Of a DNA stretch of 64,000 bases, positions 1 to 12,887 are shown one piece after another (positions within the stretch are counted from its first letter, which is position 1; every line of letters begins with the position of its first letter). This stretch comes from Lophium mytilinum (taxonomy: Eukaryota). Location of the stretch: positions 1,534,816 to 1,598,815 of the forward strand of contig MU004191.1 in assembly GCA_010093605.1 (NCBI GenBank), written 5' to 3'. The position numbers and the translations under genes were made by a program. The notes below the pieces were generated by a model. It saw only the letters and a program-made list of their open reading frames with translations, was not told the origin of the DNA and did no database searches.

Positions 1-1056
1 GAGAATCCACGAGCTGTAAGTTGGACGTCTCGGCTGTGGTAGATTCGATCTAACGAACATTTCAAGTGGTCGAACTTCACGTTTCTCCCAATCGAGCCTC
101 CGAGACCTCCTCGCGCGGATGGAGAAGCGTATGCAAGGCGACAACACCAGTTTCTCGACATGTCTGGAGACACGGGAAAGAGAAAGCAGAGCTTCTTCGA
201 TGGGATGAGAAAGAAGGATCAGGCAACAACTCCCACCACTCCAGTATCACCATCGAGTGCCCCTCCACGATTCACTGTTGACGCACGTCTACCAAATCCT
301 GCCGTTCTTACGTGCAATGAGGAAATTCCTTTGAAGATTCTCGTGAAGAGCTTGAGCGAGCGTACCAAAAACGTCTATTTGCAATCGCTTCAAATCGAAC
401 TGATTGGTTACACTAAAGTGCGAGCACACGAAGTCCATAGGACTGAATCGAACAGTTGGATTATCAACACTATGAGCAATATGGCAATCCCGCTGGGTGA
501 TCCGACAGATCCCGTTGGCACAGAAGTGGCAATCAACCCAGAGTACTGGTCAGGCAAAACCCTGCCTAACACTGTAGCGCCTTCCTTCGAAACTTGCAAT
601 ATATCGAGGTCCTATGAGCTGGAAATCCGCGTGGGCCTAGGATATGGCACTTACGAGCACGGGAGAGATCAGTTGACTGTACTGCCACTACGCCTTCCAG
701 TCAAGGTTTTCTCTGGTATCAAACCCCCGGCTGCCCTGCTTCAAGCTATGGCCTCTGGGGATGGGAAGCTCCAGCCTGGTCTCGCGCCCGCGTCTCTCCA
801 GCCCGAGGCGGGCCCTGTCATGCCCCATACACCTGTCGATCCTCCACCATTCTCCAACAATCACTTCCCCCCTCAGCAAGGCGCGCCATACCAGCCGCCT
901 CCGATGGCGGCGGGTTTTGAAGACGCTCCTCCGAGTTACGAAGATGCCGTCGCGCAGGACCTCCCGCCTATTAATGGGTATAGAGGGGAGTACCAGCCTC
1001 CGCCTTTCCCGGAAGGGGAGCCGAGGTTTTCTGGGGATGAGAAAAGACGGCCGTAA
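1..1056 (+). CDS. Arrestin-like (alpha-arrestin/ART-type) protein, 3' part; 5' end lies outside the window
   Basis: Frame continues upstream of the 160 ATG through an intron at 16-66 (GTAAGT..CTAAC..AAG), giving ENPRA|WSNFTFLPIEPPRP. Arrestin C-domain-like text (LQSLQIELIGYT; PSFETCNISRSYELEIRVG) and a C-terminal PPSY motif. Confidence 0.75.
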
Positions 1057-1597
1057 GGGGGGCTTAGTGACGAGTTACGATGGACATTGTTTGGTGAGAG
1101 ATATCCACGATGGTTTCTTACAGAGGGGCTGTTCACTGGTAATTGCTCGGGCTATTGCTTGGCACTTTCAGAATTTGGGGGCCGTATGACGGACACCGGT
1201 TTATGATTAGACTTATAATGAAACTCTTTTCTTTTCTTTGAAGACCAGTATGGTAGCTTCTGGTGGCGTAGAAGCACCAACGTACTACCTAGTAATAGAA
1301 GCCGGGGGCAGCTGTTAATTCGAATCTGCGTACACCCTTCTGACGTTGTCTAGGTTTTACTAGTTGTACAAATGCTGAATCTCTCTTATTCGGAATGCTG
1401 AAAATACTAGGAAGCTCCTCGAGCATTGTCGAATGAAGGTGCAGACATTTACGACGAAGCATTGTAGCATCGGCTTTGTTCACGTGAGACAGTAACCCAC
1501 GACAAGAGTAACAAAGAGATCGAGTCCAACCTATAGATTCTGCACATGCATACCCTCCTTGAAGCCCATCCACCACCTGCACGACAAACGTTTCGGA

Positions 1598-1707
1598 AGA
1601 CGCGACGCCGACGCGAAACGATTGGCCGACAATTCACTCGGGCCTGCTTTCGCGGGGGTGACTAAAAAGATGCGAGCGTTGCCAGGGTGTCCCCGAACTG
1701 TAAACAA
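1598..1707 (+). promoter_or_regulatory. Putative cell-cycle promoter elements (MCB/SCB-like ACGCGA x2; forkhead GTAAACAA)
   Basis: ACGCGA twice within about 1600-1617 (second reads ACGCGAAA) and GTAAACAA at 1700-1707, 170-270 bp upstream of the E2-C ATG. Confidence 0.35.
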
Positions 1708-1870
1708 CCATCAACCACCTCGCCTCGACTTCCTCAATAAAAACCCACCTTTTAGATCTCGAACATCACATCTTCCTTCGCCGCAGTCTCTACCGCTACA
1801 GGGTTACCAGACACTGTTTTTAGGAAGCCTTCCCCAGAAACCCGCTTTTGCATACCACCGAACATCGAAC

Positions 1871-2569
1871 ATGGACTCCCTCAGCAACCCGCCCTCGATG
1901 TCGAACGCAGACATGGCGACGACGGAAGCCAAGATCTCGCCGCCGTCGCGGTCGGCGAGCAGCAATGCGAATGTCACAAAGCGGTGCGTATCCATCCTAC
2001 GCAGTTTTGTATCTGTTTACGTAGCTAAACATGGCGGTGTTGCAGGCTGCAGACCGAGCTCATGAACCTAATGATGTCGTCGACGCCGGGCATCTCGGCC
2101 TTCCCCAACGACGAGAACCTGCTGAAGTGGACGGCGACCATCGACGGCCCCGCCGACACGCCCTACGCGGGGCTCAGCTTCAAGCTCAGCTTCGACTTCC
2201 CTACGACCTACCCGCTCACGCCGCCGACGGTGCTGTTCAAGACGCCCATCTACCACCCCAACATCGACTTCTCGGGCCGCATCTGCCTCGATATCCTGAA
2301 GGATAAGTGGAGCGCTATCTACAATGTGCAGAGCGTGCTGCTCAGCCTGCAGAGCCTGCTTGGCGAGCCGAATAAGTACGTGATCATGGAAATCTAAGCC
2401 CGCCTAGGTTCTAGGGTGGCGAAGAGGTAGAAGGGGAAGCGTTGCTAACGAAAAGCGTAGTTCGAGCCCGTTGAACGGACAGGCTGCCGAGCTGTGGGAC
2501 AGCGACCCGGCTGAGTACCAGCGCTTGGTGCTGGCGCGCCACCGCGACGATGAGGAGACGGAGCTGTAG
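1871..2569 (+). CDS. Ubiquitin-conjugating enzyme E2, UbcH10/E2-C (Ubc11-like)
   Basis: Exons 1871-1983, 2046-2375, 2461-2569. [33 protein letters not shown] active-site motif, [16 protein letters not shown]. Confidence 0.93.
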
Positions 2570-5406
2570 TCTGCGTGTCTGGTCCCTCTTGTTCTTCTCT
2601 CTATCCTACTTCCCGTTGTGTGATTAGCGGGCGTGAGTGCAGGCTCCTTCCTCTCTTGGGCCTGGGCTGGTGTTGGAAGCTTCCTGTTTGCATTTGATTG
2701 GAGCGTGGGGTCGGTTTGGGTATTGTAGCAACCTCTATTGAATTGGCATTGTTGGCGTGATAAGTGCCGGTTGGTTGGATGTGCTGCGGTGATGTGGTGC
2801 CTGATTGTTGTGCGGTTGGAGGGTGTTTCTCGGGTGGTATATGGCAGCTAGTACCTGTAGTATGGCTCCGCGACTACATGTCGTGATTAATGAAACCTTT
2901 ATGTCTTGTCTAGGACCGTTCGATTGGCGCATATAAGGCGAGCCACAGCGTTAGGTGTTATCTTCCGGTGCCTCTATACAGACCTTGGTAATATGTGTGT
3001 ATCACTCTTGGGAACGTTGATTTATTCGATGAACGGGACGCAACTGAACACTGCACAATTTGCCGTTGAATGACAGCCCTGGCGGTGGACGTTTTGTGTC
3101 CCAGGTGTCCGGAGAATTGAGGCCAAATATCGGCAGGATCAAGTAAAGTTCCGTGCTGGGACAAGCTCTGTTTGAGGACTCTCCTGACTCTGGAGTCCGG
3201 TTTCGCTATTGGTAATTTGAGGGAACAAATTGGCTTGTTTCGGGATCCTGCCATGGGGTCTTGTTTGAGGGAGAGTCATCCAGTGGCCTTCGAATCAGGT
3301 GGAGACGGAGTGCCAAGATTTCACGACGACCAGACGACTATTCAGCACCCACTCCAAAGCAGCCACACTACAGCCATCAATTACAAGAGAGCAACGTGCA
3401 ACTGCCGGCGCACAGAAGCAATCTACATGTCTATGTACTAGAAACCCGCCTTCCCCCTGCGGACTGCCCACCATGCCTGTCTTGACGAAAGCGCCGTCTC
3501 GATATATTGCAGTTTCAAGGCGCGATCCCCACGAAACGCCCGTCCATCAGCGACGGCAAAAGGCGCATTCCATGTCATGCACGACATTTCGGATGGGGCA
3601 AGTGATGGCTTTCCGAGACCGTTGAGGCGCCCGAAGTTCCCGCGACTCGTCCCATCGTCCGAGAATCGACCCCTCCCGTGGTGTTCGCATCACGCTGTGC
3701 TCGGTTCAAAGACATGCCGCCCTACGGACCGCCGCTGCTGCCGGCGTTGTGGATTGCAAGAGGCGGGCTCGGCGGTGTGAAGGAAGCAGTAATTCTGAAC
3801 TGATTGAATGCTGGCCATCCCACGGCGGCACCCCGGATTCCACGTGGAGACTCCCGCAGCCCGCGGCAAGCAGAAAAGTCGCCTGAGGGGGGTGCTTTTT
3901 TAGCGTATCCATGTCCAGGTGGTGTCTCTCGCCCTCATTCGTGCAAGGGTCGGCCGTCGCCACAGTGGGGTTGCTCGACCCGAGGACGAAGTTGTGGGGG
4001 AGCCAGCAAACACCCTACCGTACTATATATTCGTGGGCTTCCGGCGCGAGAGCCGCAGGTACACATAAGTTGCAGAGACGAAAAGTGAGGGGGGGACGGT
4101 GAATATATATTGCCCTGCTGCGGCGGCCGATCTGGTTTCGCCATCATCCCTCGCGGCGCAGGGAACAAGTCCAGACGATCCCCAGCGGCCGGATCGCCCT
4201 GACAGGCCCGGCCCATTTCCAAGTTTAGGCGTCAAGGCAAGGGTTTGTGGCCTGGGTCCCGCGCCTAGCCTAGGCGGATTGCGGACAGGGCGTGGGTGGC
4301 TGGGTAAGGCGTCGAGATGGGAGGGTTCGGCGACAGCGGCAGGCTCTCAGCTGGCGTAAGAGCACACGACGCCTCGAGACGACGCAACAGGCAAACGGGC
4401 GACGCAGAGGAATTGCGCAGGGCGGTTGAGGCAGAGGGCAGTGCGTTGCCGCCGCAGAACACAGGAACACGAAACAGGCCCGCCAACCACCGCCGATGGG
4501 CCCTAGACCGGGCCGGGAAGCCAGGGTCTCTGCCCGGACTGCCATTCCGCACCTCAACCCACCGTAGCTGCATCCAGCAATCGCGTATCCGCGTCCGCAG
4601 GCCCTCGAGCGCCTGGCAATTCGGTCCGCGAGACGGGGAGCCAGACTATAGCATCTAAGTGTCATATAAGAGCTCGGCCAGAGCATCGAGGAGCATCGAT
4701 GAGCACTAGACATGTATCAAACAGCCATGACCGGCGGAGGATGAGGTGCAAAGGAGGTGCAGAGGGGCAGACGCCGACGAGATGAGCACACCAGCTTGAA
4801 CGTGCCCAGTGACTGCACATCATGCCGCGCTGGTGCAGATTGAGGTTGCACATGTGCCTCTCCTGGCGTGCTGGCAGGCCTCCCCGATGCAGCACCTCTC
4901 AGCAAGCCCTGGGCGCTGGATGCGGCGCCATCGCTTCAGGCCTTCTACCGCCCTCCCACCGGAGAGTCCGCCCTTCACGCAGCTCTGCCTTCTGCCCTCT
5001 GCCTCGACGGCAGTCCCCGCGCTCATTCTCCCGTGACAGCCAATCGTTTCAGCGTGAGCTCGCCCATGTCCAGTCCGCTCCGTGCTCTGGCTCAACCTCT
5101 CGGGTAGCATCGCGCTATGACAGTCTGACTTTGTCTGACAGAGCGTCTTTGTTCGTTACTCCGCCTTTGCCTCCAAGCCCGCCAGCACACACGCTCTGCT
5201 CTCTCGTGACGAACAAACCCGCTCTGCCTCTGCTCCTCTACACCGACGCAGCTCCCCAACCTGGCTCTCGCAAATTGCCTTGCCTCGTCGAGCTTGCGGT
5301 CGGGCTGCCTCTCCTCTCCATGCCTCGCCTTCCTTGACGCTTGTTTTGCGGGACTTGACGGCTTCCTACAGCCAATTTCTTGAACCACGGCCCCGTGCAG
5401 CTCGCC

Positions 5407-7771
5407 ATGGCCTCAACACTGCTGCCCTCCGGCGGCATTGCCCTCCATGGGGCTCCGGACGCCGAAATCTCCACGAAAGAAGCAAGGAGCCATGCTGTGC
5501 AGGTCATGCAGCTCGAAATCACCCAAGACATCATCGACGAGCTCCTCGAGAGTGCCCACAGAGGCAAATCCCCACAGATACTCTTTGGGAGGAATCCTGT
5601 ATGTGTGGAGAGTGCAATTCATAGTCAATGTCGAAGCCGTCCATCCAACATGATCCTATTATTTTCGAACTTTACTGACAGTCACCCCCAAAGCAACTCA
5701 AGTATGGCGACAAGTCCCACGTCATCCAGACCACATCCGAGAACCTTCGATATGAACTATACCACTCTGCCGGCTCCGACAGCAAAGATGAATACACTTT
5801 CGCCGGCCTCATCAACCACTCTCTCGCCATCCAGCATGCCGAACAAGTTACGTCGGGGGTGGACACTGCGTTGGAACAGCTGAAGAGCTCTATGGCCGCG
5901 ATACACAACATCAAAGAAGCGAACAAGTATGCTCTATCCTTTTCGTTTCATTCCCATCTGAGTAGAGAGCTGCTGGGCACGGGTTGGTGACATTCGTCGT
6001 TGTCACCACTTCCGCCCACCTCCCATGAGAGACTTGCACCTAGTCTGTTCAGCAAGCACTGTGCTCACACCTGAACCTTAGGACTACGGTTGTCAAAGAC
6101 GCAGACGCAAGCTCGCTCCTCACTCCTTCGCACCGACGGGGTCTGTCCAAGAACTTCAAGCCCCAACAACACCTGAAACCCTCTTCCAACCTGTCCTCAC
6201 CGCTACGATCCACACCCTCGAGTCCAGCCTTGAATGGATCACAAGGCCTAGGTAAGGGTCCTACATCACAGCCGAGCTCGCAGACCGAGAAGAGTCGAGC
6301 TTTGCGGTACGTGACCATCCATTACCTCGCCTCAGAACCACAGCCGTTTGAGAAGTACATGAACCATATCCGCGCACGGAGGGACGACTGCAAAGAAGTC
6401 CTCCAGAAGGTTGGCAAGAACCAAGACGGGAAGTGGCACATCACCGATCGAGCCATCAAGGAGATCGACCCATATAAATTCCCCTACCAAACTACTGAGG
6501 ACCGAGAGAAGGCAGTCAAGAACGCAGTGAAGGCGTTTGACCGGCTCCGAATCGCGAAAGACGACAAGATTTGGCAAATCTTGCTGCCTAAGGAGGAGCG
6601 CGGAAAGGGAAAGTGTCTCTCGCGTCTCAACGTCACTGCACCCGCTCAAAGACCCTCTACACCAATGCAGTCCATCTCGAAGCTCACGGAGAAGAAGGCG
6701 GGGGCTGGAACGAAGGGAGAAGACAAGAAATCGGAGAAGGAGGGCAAGAAGGTCCGAGAAGTGAAGGAGAAGAAACCCGCTAAGGAGGTGAAGGAGAAAA
6801 GGCCGGTGAAAGAATCAACAAACGATGAGCCCAAAATGGCGAACAGCAAGAAGACCGCGAGCCAATCGCAGACCGCCGCTGTCAAACCGAAGGTGAAGAA
6901 GCCTACCGCTCCTTCCACGGCCGAAGACTCTTCTACATCTACCCCTCGACAGAAGACGAAAGCTACTGCCAAAACTACTACCAAGTTGACCACCAAATCG
7001 ACCGCCAAGACAACCGCCAAAACGACCGCCAAAGACGATTCATCCCAGTCATCTCAGGAGAAAATGCTCAAGTCCGCAGCCAAACCGACAATAAGCGCTG
7101 CTACGAAGCCCAAGAATCCTTCTCCGCTCTCTGCATCGCCCCCGGTGAATGCAAGCGACTTCGATGACTCGCATCCAGTCCATAAAGCACTTTCCGCAGC
7201 TCCGTCTCCAGCGAAGAGCGCATCTGGCAACTCGGACCACATGCTCAAGCGGAAGGCCAACGATCTCGACAGCAATATCCACAACCATAATCTCTCGGTC
7301 AAGGTCCGCAGGGTCGATCGCTCAACACCGATTACAACCCCGCTCGGCACATCGGGCAAGACGAGCACACCCTCTTCTGCACAATCTCTGAAGCGCAAGA
7401 CTGCGGATACCGACATGTCCGACATTTCACGAACTCACACACCCATGGCGTCCGGCTCTAAGGTTCGCAAAGTCAACAATATCGATACGGCCGCCGCATC
7501 TCGGTACAACGCTGCCTCTCCGCAATCCGACACGACCACTTCCCCACCTCTAGCCCTCAGCTACCGTCAGACGATCGAGCTGTCCCAGAAGTTCGAGCGG
7601 TACTACAAGAAGTACGAGCAGCTGTACTTCCAGCTCGCCGAAGACACCAAACCCCCGAGCGACGACCAGCGTGACAGCCTCATGAAGATGCACAGGAAGC
7701 TGGAGGAGATGAAGCGGGAGATTAAGGCCGGCGCCAGGCACTCGCAGGCGGCGAGCAAGGAGCGTTCGTGA
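5407..7771 (+). CDS. ELL-like RNA polymerase II elongation factor (winged-helix plus C-terminal occludin/ELL-like helical domain)
   Basis: Exons 5407-5598, 5694-5926, 6082-7771 splice in frame. RALRYVTIHYLA..KEIDPYKFPY resembles the ELL central domain; C-terminal KFERYYKKYEQLY..HRKLEEMKREI resembles the occludin/ELL domain. Confidence 0.65.
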
Positions 7772-8618
7772 AGGAGAATTGCATATCTGGTGTGGAAGGA
7801 AAACTGATTTTGGCGGCATACTGGGTGTTAACGGAACGGAACATGGTCTCTCGTTTAATGCATCACTTTTGGTGTTTTGGGATCAGCATTGCCGGGGTCA
7901 TTTGGAGTCTGGGAGAGCTCTTGGGGTTCATTATAGGGCCTTCTTCGAATAATGACTGCATAAGCCGACTGGACGGCAATGACAAGCATATCTTGGGGAG
8001 GCAGTTTCATGCTATAGTTGAATGAAAGTTGCGTATACACGTCTGTTGCTGCTGTGATAGCCTTGAAGTATGGTATTTTAAGGTCGCCTAGCGAGGTACC
8101 AAAGCTGTTAAACCATCGATATTGTCCCAAGATGCAGTGAAGCTTAGCTGACAGGGGCAAATGAGTCTGCACGAATCGATTGATTGATATCCACATTTTC
8201 TCAGCCACTCTGCCCTCACATCCCGCGTGCATCCCTGCTACTGACTTTGCGCTAGTAGGCCTTGGCGGATCCACCCGAGCTCGCGCCACAACTTGGGGTC
8301 AGGGATTTCCTGAGACAGAAAGGTAGCAGTCTCCGAATGCTCTACCTAAGCTTCCTATATGAAGGGAAAAACTCTGGGCTCAAGTATACTCTCCGAGCAC
8401 CACTTGAGGCTTCCTAGTACATTTTGACCAAGGGCAAACAACATTCTCGGTAAACTTGTAGGTTGTCTTCAAACGGAGTCATAGTCAGCACAGACCGCCA
8501 TTTTATCAACGACTTCCACCTCCACCTCCAGCTGCCATTGAACAGAACCGCACTTCCTCCTCGAAGACACAGCAACTTCTCCACCACTATACTCTATCCC
8601 GCCACCCAGCTCACCAAA

Positions 8619-9550
8619 ATGGAGCCAGCGACTTCTGACCCACCGCTCAACACCATGGAAACAGACACCTCCTCCCCACAGCTCCCTATAATAGACCCAA
8701 GACTTCCCCACCCCCAAGAACCCGCCTCCCTAGCAACCCTCCCCCTCGAGCTCCTCTTCGAAATCTACTCCCACCTCCTCGCCCCCCTCCCCACCCACTA
8801 CAGCTACACCACCGCGCCCGCCCGCGCCCACTCCGCCCACGACAACCGCTCCCAAAACCTGCCCGCGCCCCGCGGCCTCCCTCCTCCTCCTACCACCACT
8901 ACTACTACTGAACCCGACCCCCCGAAACCCCCCCTCCGCACCCACGCCATCCTCCTCACCTCCCACGCCCTCAGCACCCACTACTGCACGGCCTTCTACG
9001 CCCGCACAAACTTCTTCTTCCACCTCTCCGCCGCCAACTTCCCCTCCGCCCCCTGGTTCACCCTCCCCCCCGCCGCGCTGCGCCGCGTGCGCGCCTGCAA
9101 GCTCTACATCGAAGCCGACGAGATCGCGCGGACGGCCTCCTTGCCCAGCCAGCCCACCCCCGCGGCGGAGCGCGTTAGGGTGTTAGGGGAGCGGGTAGCG
9201 GGGTTCCTGACGGGGCTGGAGACGCTGCGGCGGGTGCAGGTGGTGTGGGATGTCGGGGTGGGGCGGGAGACGGCGTATGAGCGGCGGAAGGGGGGGAGGG
9301 TGAGGGTGGAGGGGTTGGATTGGGAGGGGTTGGGGGAGGGGGTTNNNNNNNNNNNNNNNNNNNNNNNNNNNNNNNNNNNNNNNNNNNNNNNNNNNNNNNG
9401 TTGAAGGGGAGGGAGGGGGTGAGGGAGTTTATGGTGACGGTGGGGGAGCGGATTGAGAGGTTTAAGAGGGTGAGGGGGGGGTGGGAGGGGTTTGGGGAGG
9501 GGGTTGAGGGGGGGTCGAGGGTGGCTGGGGGGGCGTTTCCATTTCTTTAG
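8619..9550 (+). CDS. Hypothetical protein with N-terminal F-box-like motif; spans assembly gap
   Basis: SLATLPLELLFEIYSHLL motif, then ILLTSHALS..AFYARTNFFF. Coding-like sequence resumes after the N gap and stops at 9550. Confidence 0.55.
9345..9399. other. Assembly gap (N run) in a very G-rich tract
   Basis: 55 N bases. Confidence 0.99.
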
Positions 9551-10182
9551 GCGGGGAGGATGGGGATTAGGGGTTGTGGAGGTGGTGGAGGTGGTGGAAG
9601 AGGGTTCCGGGCTTTTGGCTGAGCTGTTGGACTGGAAGAGATGCGCTGTGGGTCTCTCAACGATACGAACGTTGAGCTTGCTTCAGGGCGTTTGTGGTAA
9701 ATGGTACGATTTCGGGCACGTTATTAACGAGTCATCTGGAAAGGATTTACGAGTTTCGGGACTTCAAATAGTCTGGTCATGGGTTAGCTATTAGCAATGC
9801 ATAGTGGTATAGCCTTGTATTACCCAAGTCCCAGGCTAGGTGACTCAAAGTGGCATCCAGGCCTGTTGAGCCTTGGTTTTATTGGCTGAGTTCCTCAGCG
9901 TGATATTATTCTATTCAAGCTGCGCATTCACTGAGCATATCACCTACTTTCCTCACCGTAGTAAGGACTGCAATAGTACGCTCGAAACGACCCTCAAAGG
10001 CCCATGTCACACAATCCCAGCTATAACATATCCTTGAAATACCAATAGATATTAAGTAGCCCATGTCCAACCGAAACCCTATCTCCAAGCCCCTCCGGGT
10101 ATCAATATGTACGGTTACTCTGTATATACAAGGCACCAAAACGCCCAGCGCCTCGGATCGAAAAAATCCAAGCAGCCCATCA

Positions 10183-10528
10183 CGCCTACTAATATCAAGA
10201 GTGCCGACCCCTCCCCCCCTTCATTAACATCATTATCCACAATGCAGTCCAAAAGCAGGATTATGCGGACGGGAATATCTTCCCCAACACCCTCCGCCAC
10301 CCCCTCTCTCTCCTTGCCTCCGCTTCCTCGAGCGCCACGACCTCGGGCGGGCGCCTACTAATATCAAGAGTGCCGACCCCTCCCCCCCTTCATTAACATC
10401 ATTATCCACAATGCAGTCCAAAAGCAGGATTATGCGGACGGGAATATCTTCCCCAACACCCTCCGCCACCCCCTCTCTCTCCTTGCCTCCGCTTCCTCGA
10501 GCGCCACGACCTCGGGCGGGCGCCTACT
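10183..10528. repeat. Exact 169-bp tandem duplication bounded by 8-bp microhomology CGCCTACT
   Basis: Copies at 10183-10351 and 10352-10520 appear identical. CGCCTACT occurs at 10183, 10352 and 10521. Confidence 0.95.
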
Positions 10529-12415
10529 CCGCAGTAGCTCTAGCGCCCGCTGCCGCGCCCATTCGCGGCGGGTATGTGAGTTCGCTGGTATTGGGTCGCA
10601 GGTTGGGGATGTGGAAGGCGACAACGTAGGTGGTTCTGCGGTTGCGGGAACGGCTGTTGCAGCCTGATGCTCCGGTATTGTAGAAGATGGCGCCGCTGCA
10701 TTACCCATCTCAATATCTGGCTGGGGCCGCACTGGCGCGCTGAAAACTCGCCGTTCTGCCATTGCATGCAGAATATTGCCACCCATGAGACCGTGTCTTC
10801 TGCCTCCGCTCTGCGCAGGAACTGCTGACGCTGGAGCAGGTAAGGAAGTCGCCGCAATCTGGGATTGCGATGATCTGCGTCCGCGACTAGTGATTCGCCG
10901 TATCTGCCCAATGAAGGCATTGACTTCCGGTGGAGTACCAGACTGTGCGCGTTGGCGATAACGCCTGATGTAACGCTCGCGTCGGACCATGGCGTTTGTG
11001 ATAATATCAGGGCAGTAGCCATCTGGCAACGTTGACTTCTTACACATGGGACAAAGAGAAGAATTGTTCAGGAGGAAGGTGTCAACGCAGTCTGGATGGA
11101 AGATATGGCGGCATGGTAGCTCGCGTATAGGCGTTATGTTGGGCTCGAAGTCATCCAGGCAAATTGGGCACGTTGGCTGCGAGAACGCTGGATGAGCGTG
11201 CTCGGCAGGCGCGGACGGAGAAGGTGCAGATGATCGGCGGACGAGGGGTTCCCCAGGTTCAGATGGTATTTGCGATGGCTTTAGGGATAGCCTCGCTTGT
11301 GGTAAAGGCTGGGGAGGAACTAGTAGTTCCGCTTCTTTCTCCTCGGAAGCGGTAGCCTCACGAGTGTAGTTATAGACGGGCATCTTGTCAAGGTACTCCT
11401 GAGGGACGGTGAGTTTTTTGACCCCAAGTGCTTCAAGATCTACTTGGCCGTTTATGATACGCGTACGGAGGTCTCTTCGTCGTCTCCGTTGCAATACGTG
11501 CAGGAAACAGGATGAGCCCCCAGCGATTATGCAGAGTAATGCAAGTACGACTAGAAGAAACACCCAGAGGCTGGGAAGTTGACTGGGCGATCCTAAGAAG
11601 CATTAGTACACGCCAACTTTCAAAGCGTACATGGCCACCTACCCGTATCAACATTTGCCCATAATCGTACATAACTCGACGGAGCGTATATGTCCACCAG
11701 TTCGCGCCCGTTTGGGACGGTTGTTATGTTGCCGGAGTATAGGTTTAGCTGCTGCATAATGATGCTTCCACTTATGCCCGGGATGGCATACACCGGATAT
11801 CGATTGGCCGACTTCCAGCTGCCGCCATCCCCAAGTCCCCAGGCTGGGTCGCTGATGAGAGGAGGTGTCTCAGAATTGTTTGAGGGTAGATAGGTGAAAA
11901 ATCCCTTGACAGGTAGCCCTCTTGCAGCCGCAAAGTACTCTTGTTGGCATGTAGGGGAGAACCACGGAGCTACCGCTATGAGGGAATAGTCGACGTCCGG
12001 CAGGTTCTGGCGACGGGTGGCATTGGCGGGCACAAAGTCCTTCTCGGCTTCGATGCAGTCGCTCGAAGTCAGGGTGGGCACAAACATGATGCCGTACGGA
12101 TCGTCGCCATTGGATACGCCACTAGTAGAGAGGGTCCGGATCCCGTCGAGTATAGGGTATTGGAAAGAGACATTGCTCTGTGCACAAGAGGTAACATGTC
12201 AGTGAAACGAAGTGGGTAGTAAATAGAGTAGAACGACGTACGTCTAGGGTCTGAAACTTGTCATTGTAGTAGGACAGAGTAAAGGGATCCGGGAACTCGA
12301 TGGTGAAGATACCAATGTCTTCCGCAGCTGTTTACACATGAATCGTCAGCCCTCTCTTCTGGATCTCTTCCGGTGGCAATGACGCGGACATATCGGAGGG
12401 GGGTGAGTTACACAT
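10430..12415 (-). CDS. Transmembrane RING-H2 E3 ubiquitin ligase (PA-like luminal region, TM, RING-H2)
   Basis: Model: ATGT micro-exon 12415-12412, introns about 12411-12328, 12241-12178 and 11642-11593. TM LWVFLLVVLALLCIIAGG followed by basic RRRRR; RING-H2 CPICLDDF..LPCRHIFHPDCVD..CPMCK. The start exon is the least certain part. Confidence 0.85.
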
Positions 12416-12887
12416 GATGGCGGCGTTCAACTATGAGAAGTGGACTGCGAGGAAGAGGCTGGCAGCATGGTCGCTGCAGCGGATACTGCGAGCTGGTGGC
12501 CTTGGATTGGGAGGTTACTGGGAGATTTAGAGTAGAAAGTGAACAGACGGGACGAAGAGACGCAACGCAACCGCGCAAGTGGAGAGGCGGGAGGAGTGGC
12601 TGGGTGCATTAGATAAAGCTTGGCTCAGATCTCCCGCAATCGGCACGTGACAGAACCGCGACGTCGTAGTTCACCACTTCGAGGTACTGTTCGCCGCATC
12701 AACACCACGTCGCGCAAATAAGGCAGGAATCCTGAGGAACCACGTCTATCCATTCAACCTTTCAACGCCCGACCATAGCCAAAACGCCTCAAAAGCTGTC
12801 GCGCAGCTTCACCATCCTCATTCATGAGGACATCCCACGCCCCACCTATACCACGAAGGCTACTTAAGTGAACGTAGGCTCGCCACC

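Noticed and set aside
2600..5400. Many 60-170 aa ORFs in the long region upstream of the ELL-like gene
   Set aside because: GC-rich, mutually overlapping, Arg/Pro/Ser-biased with no motifs; treated as promoter/5' UTR.
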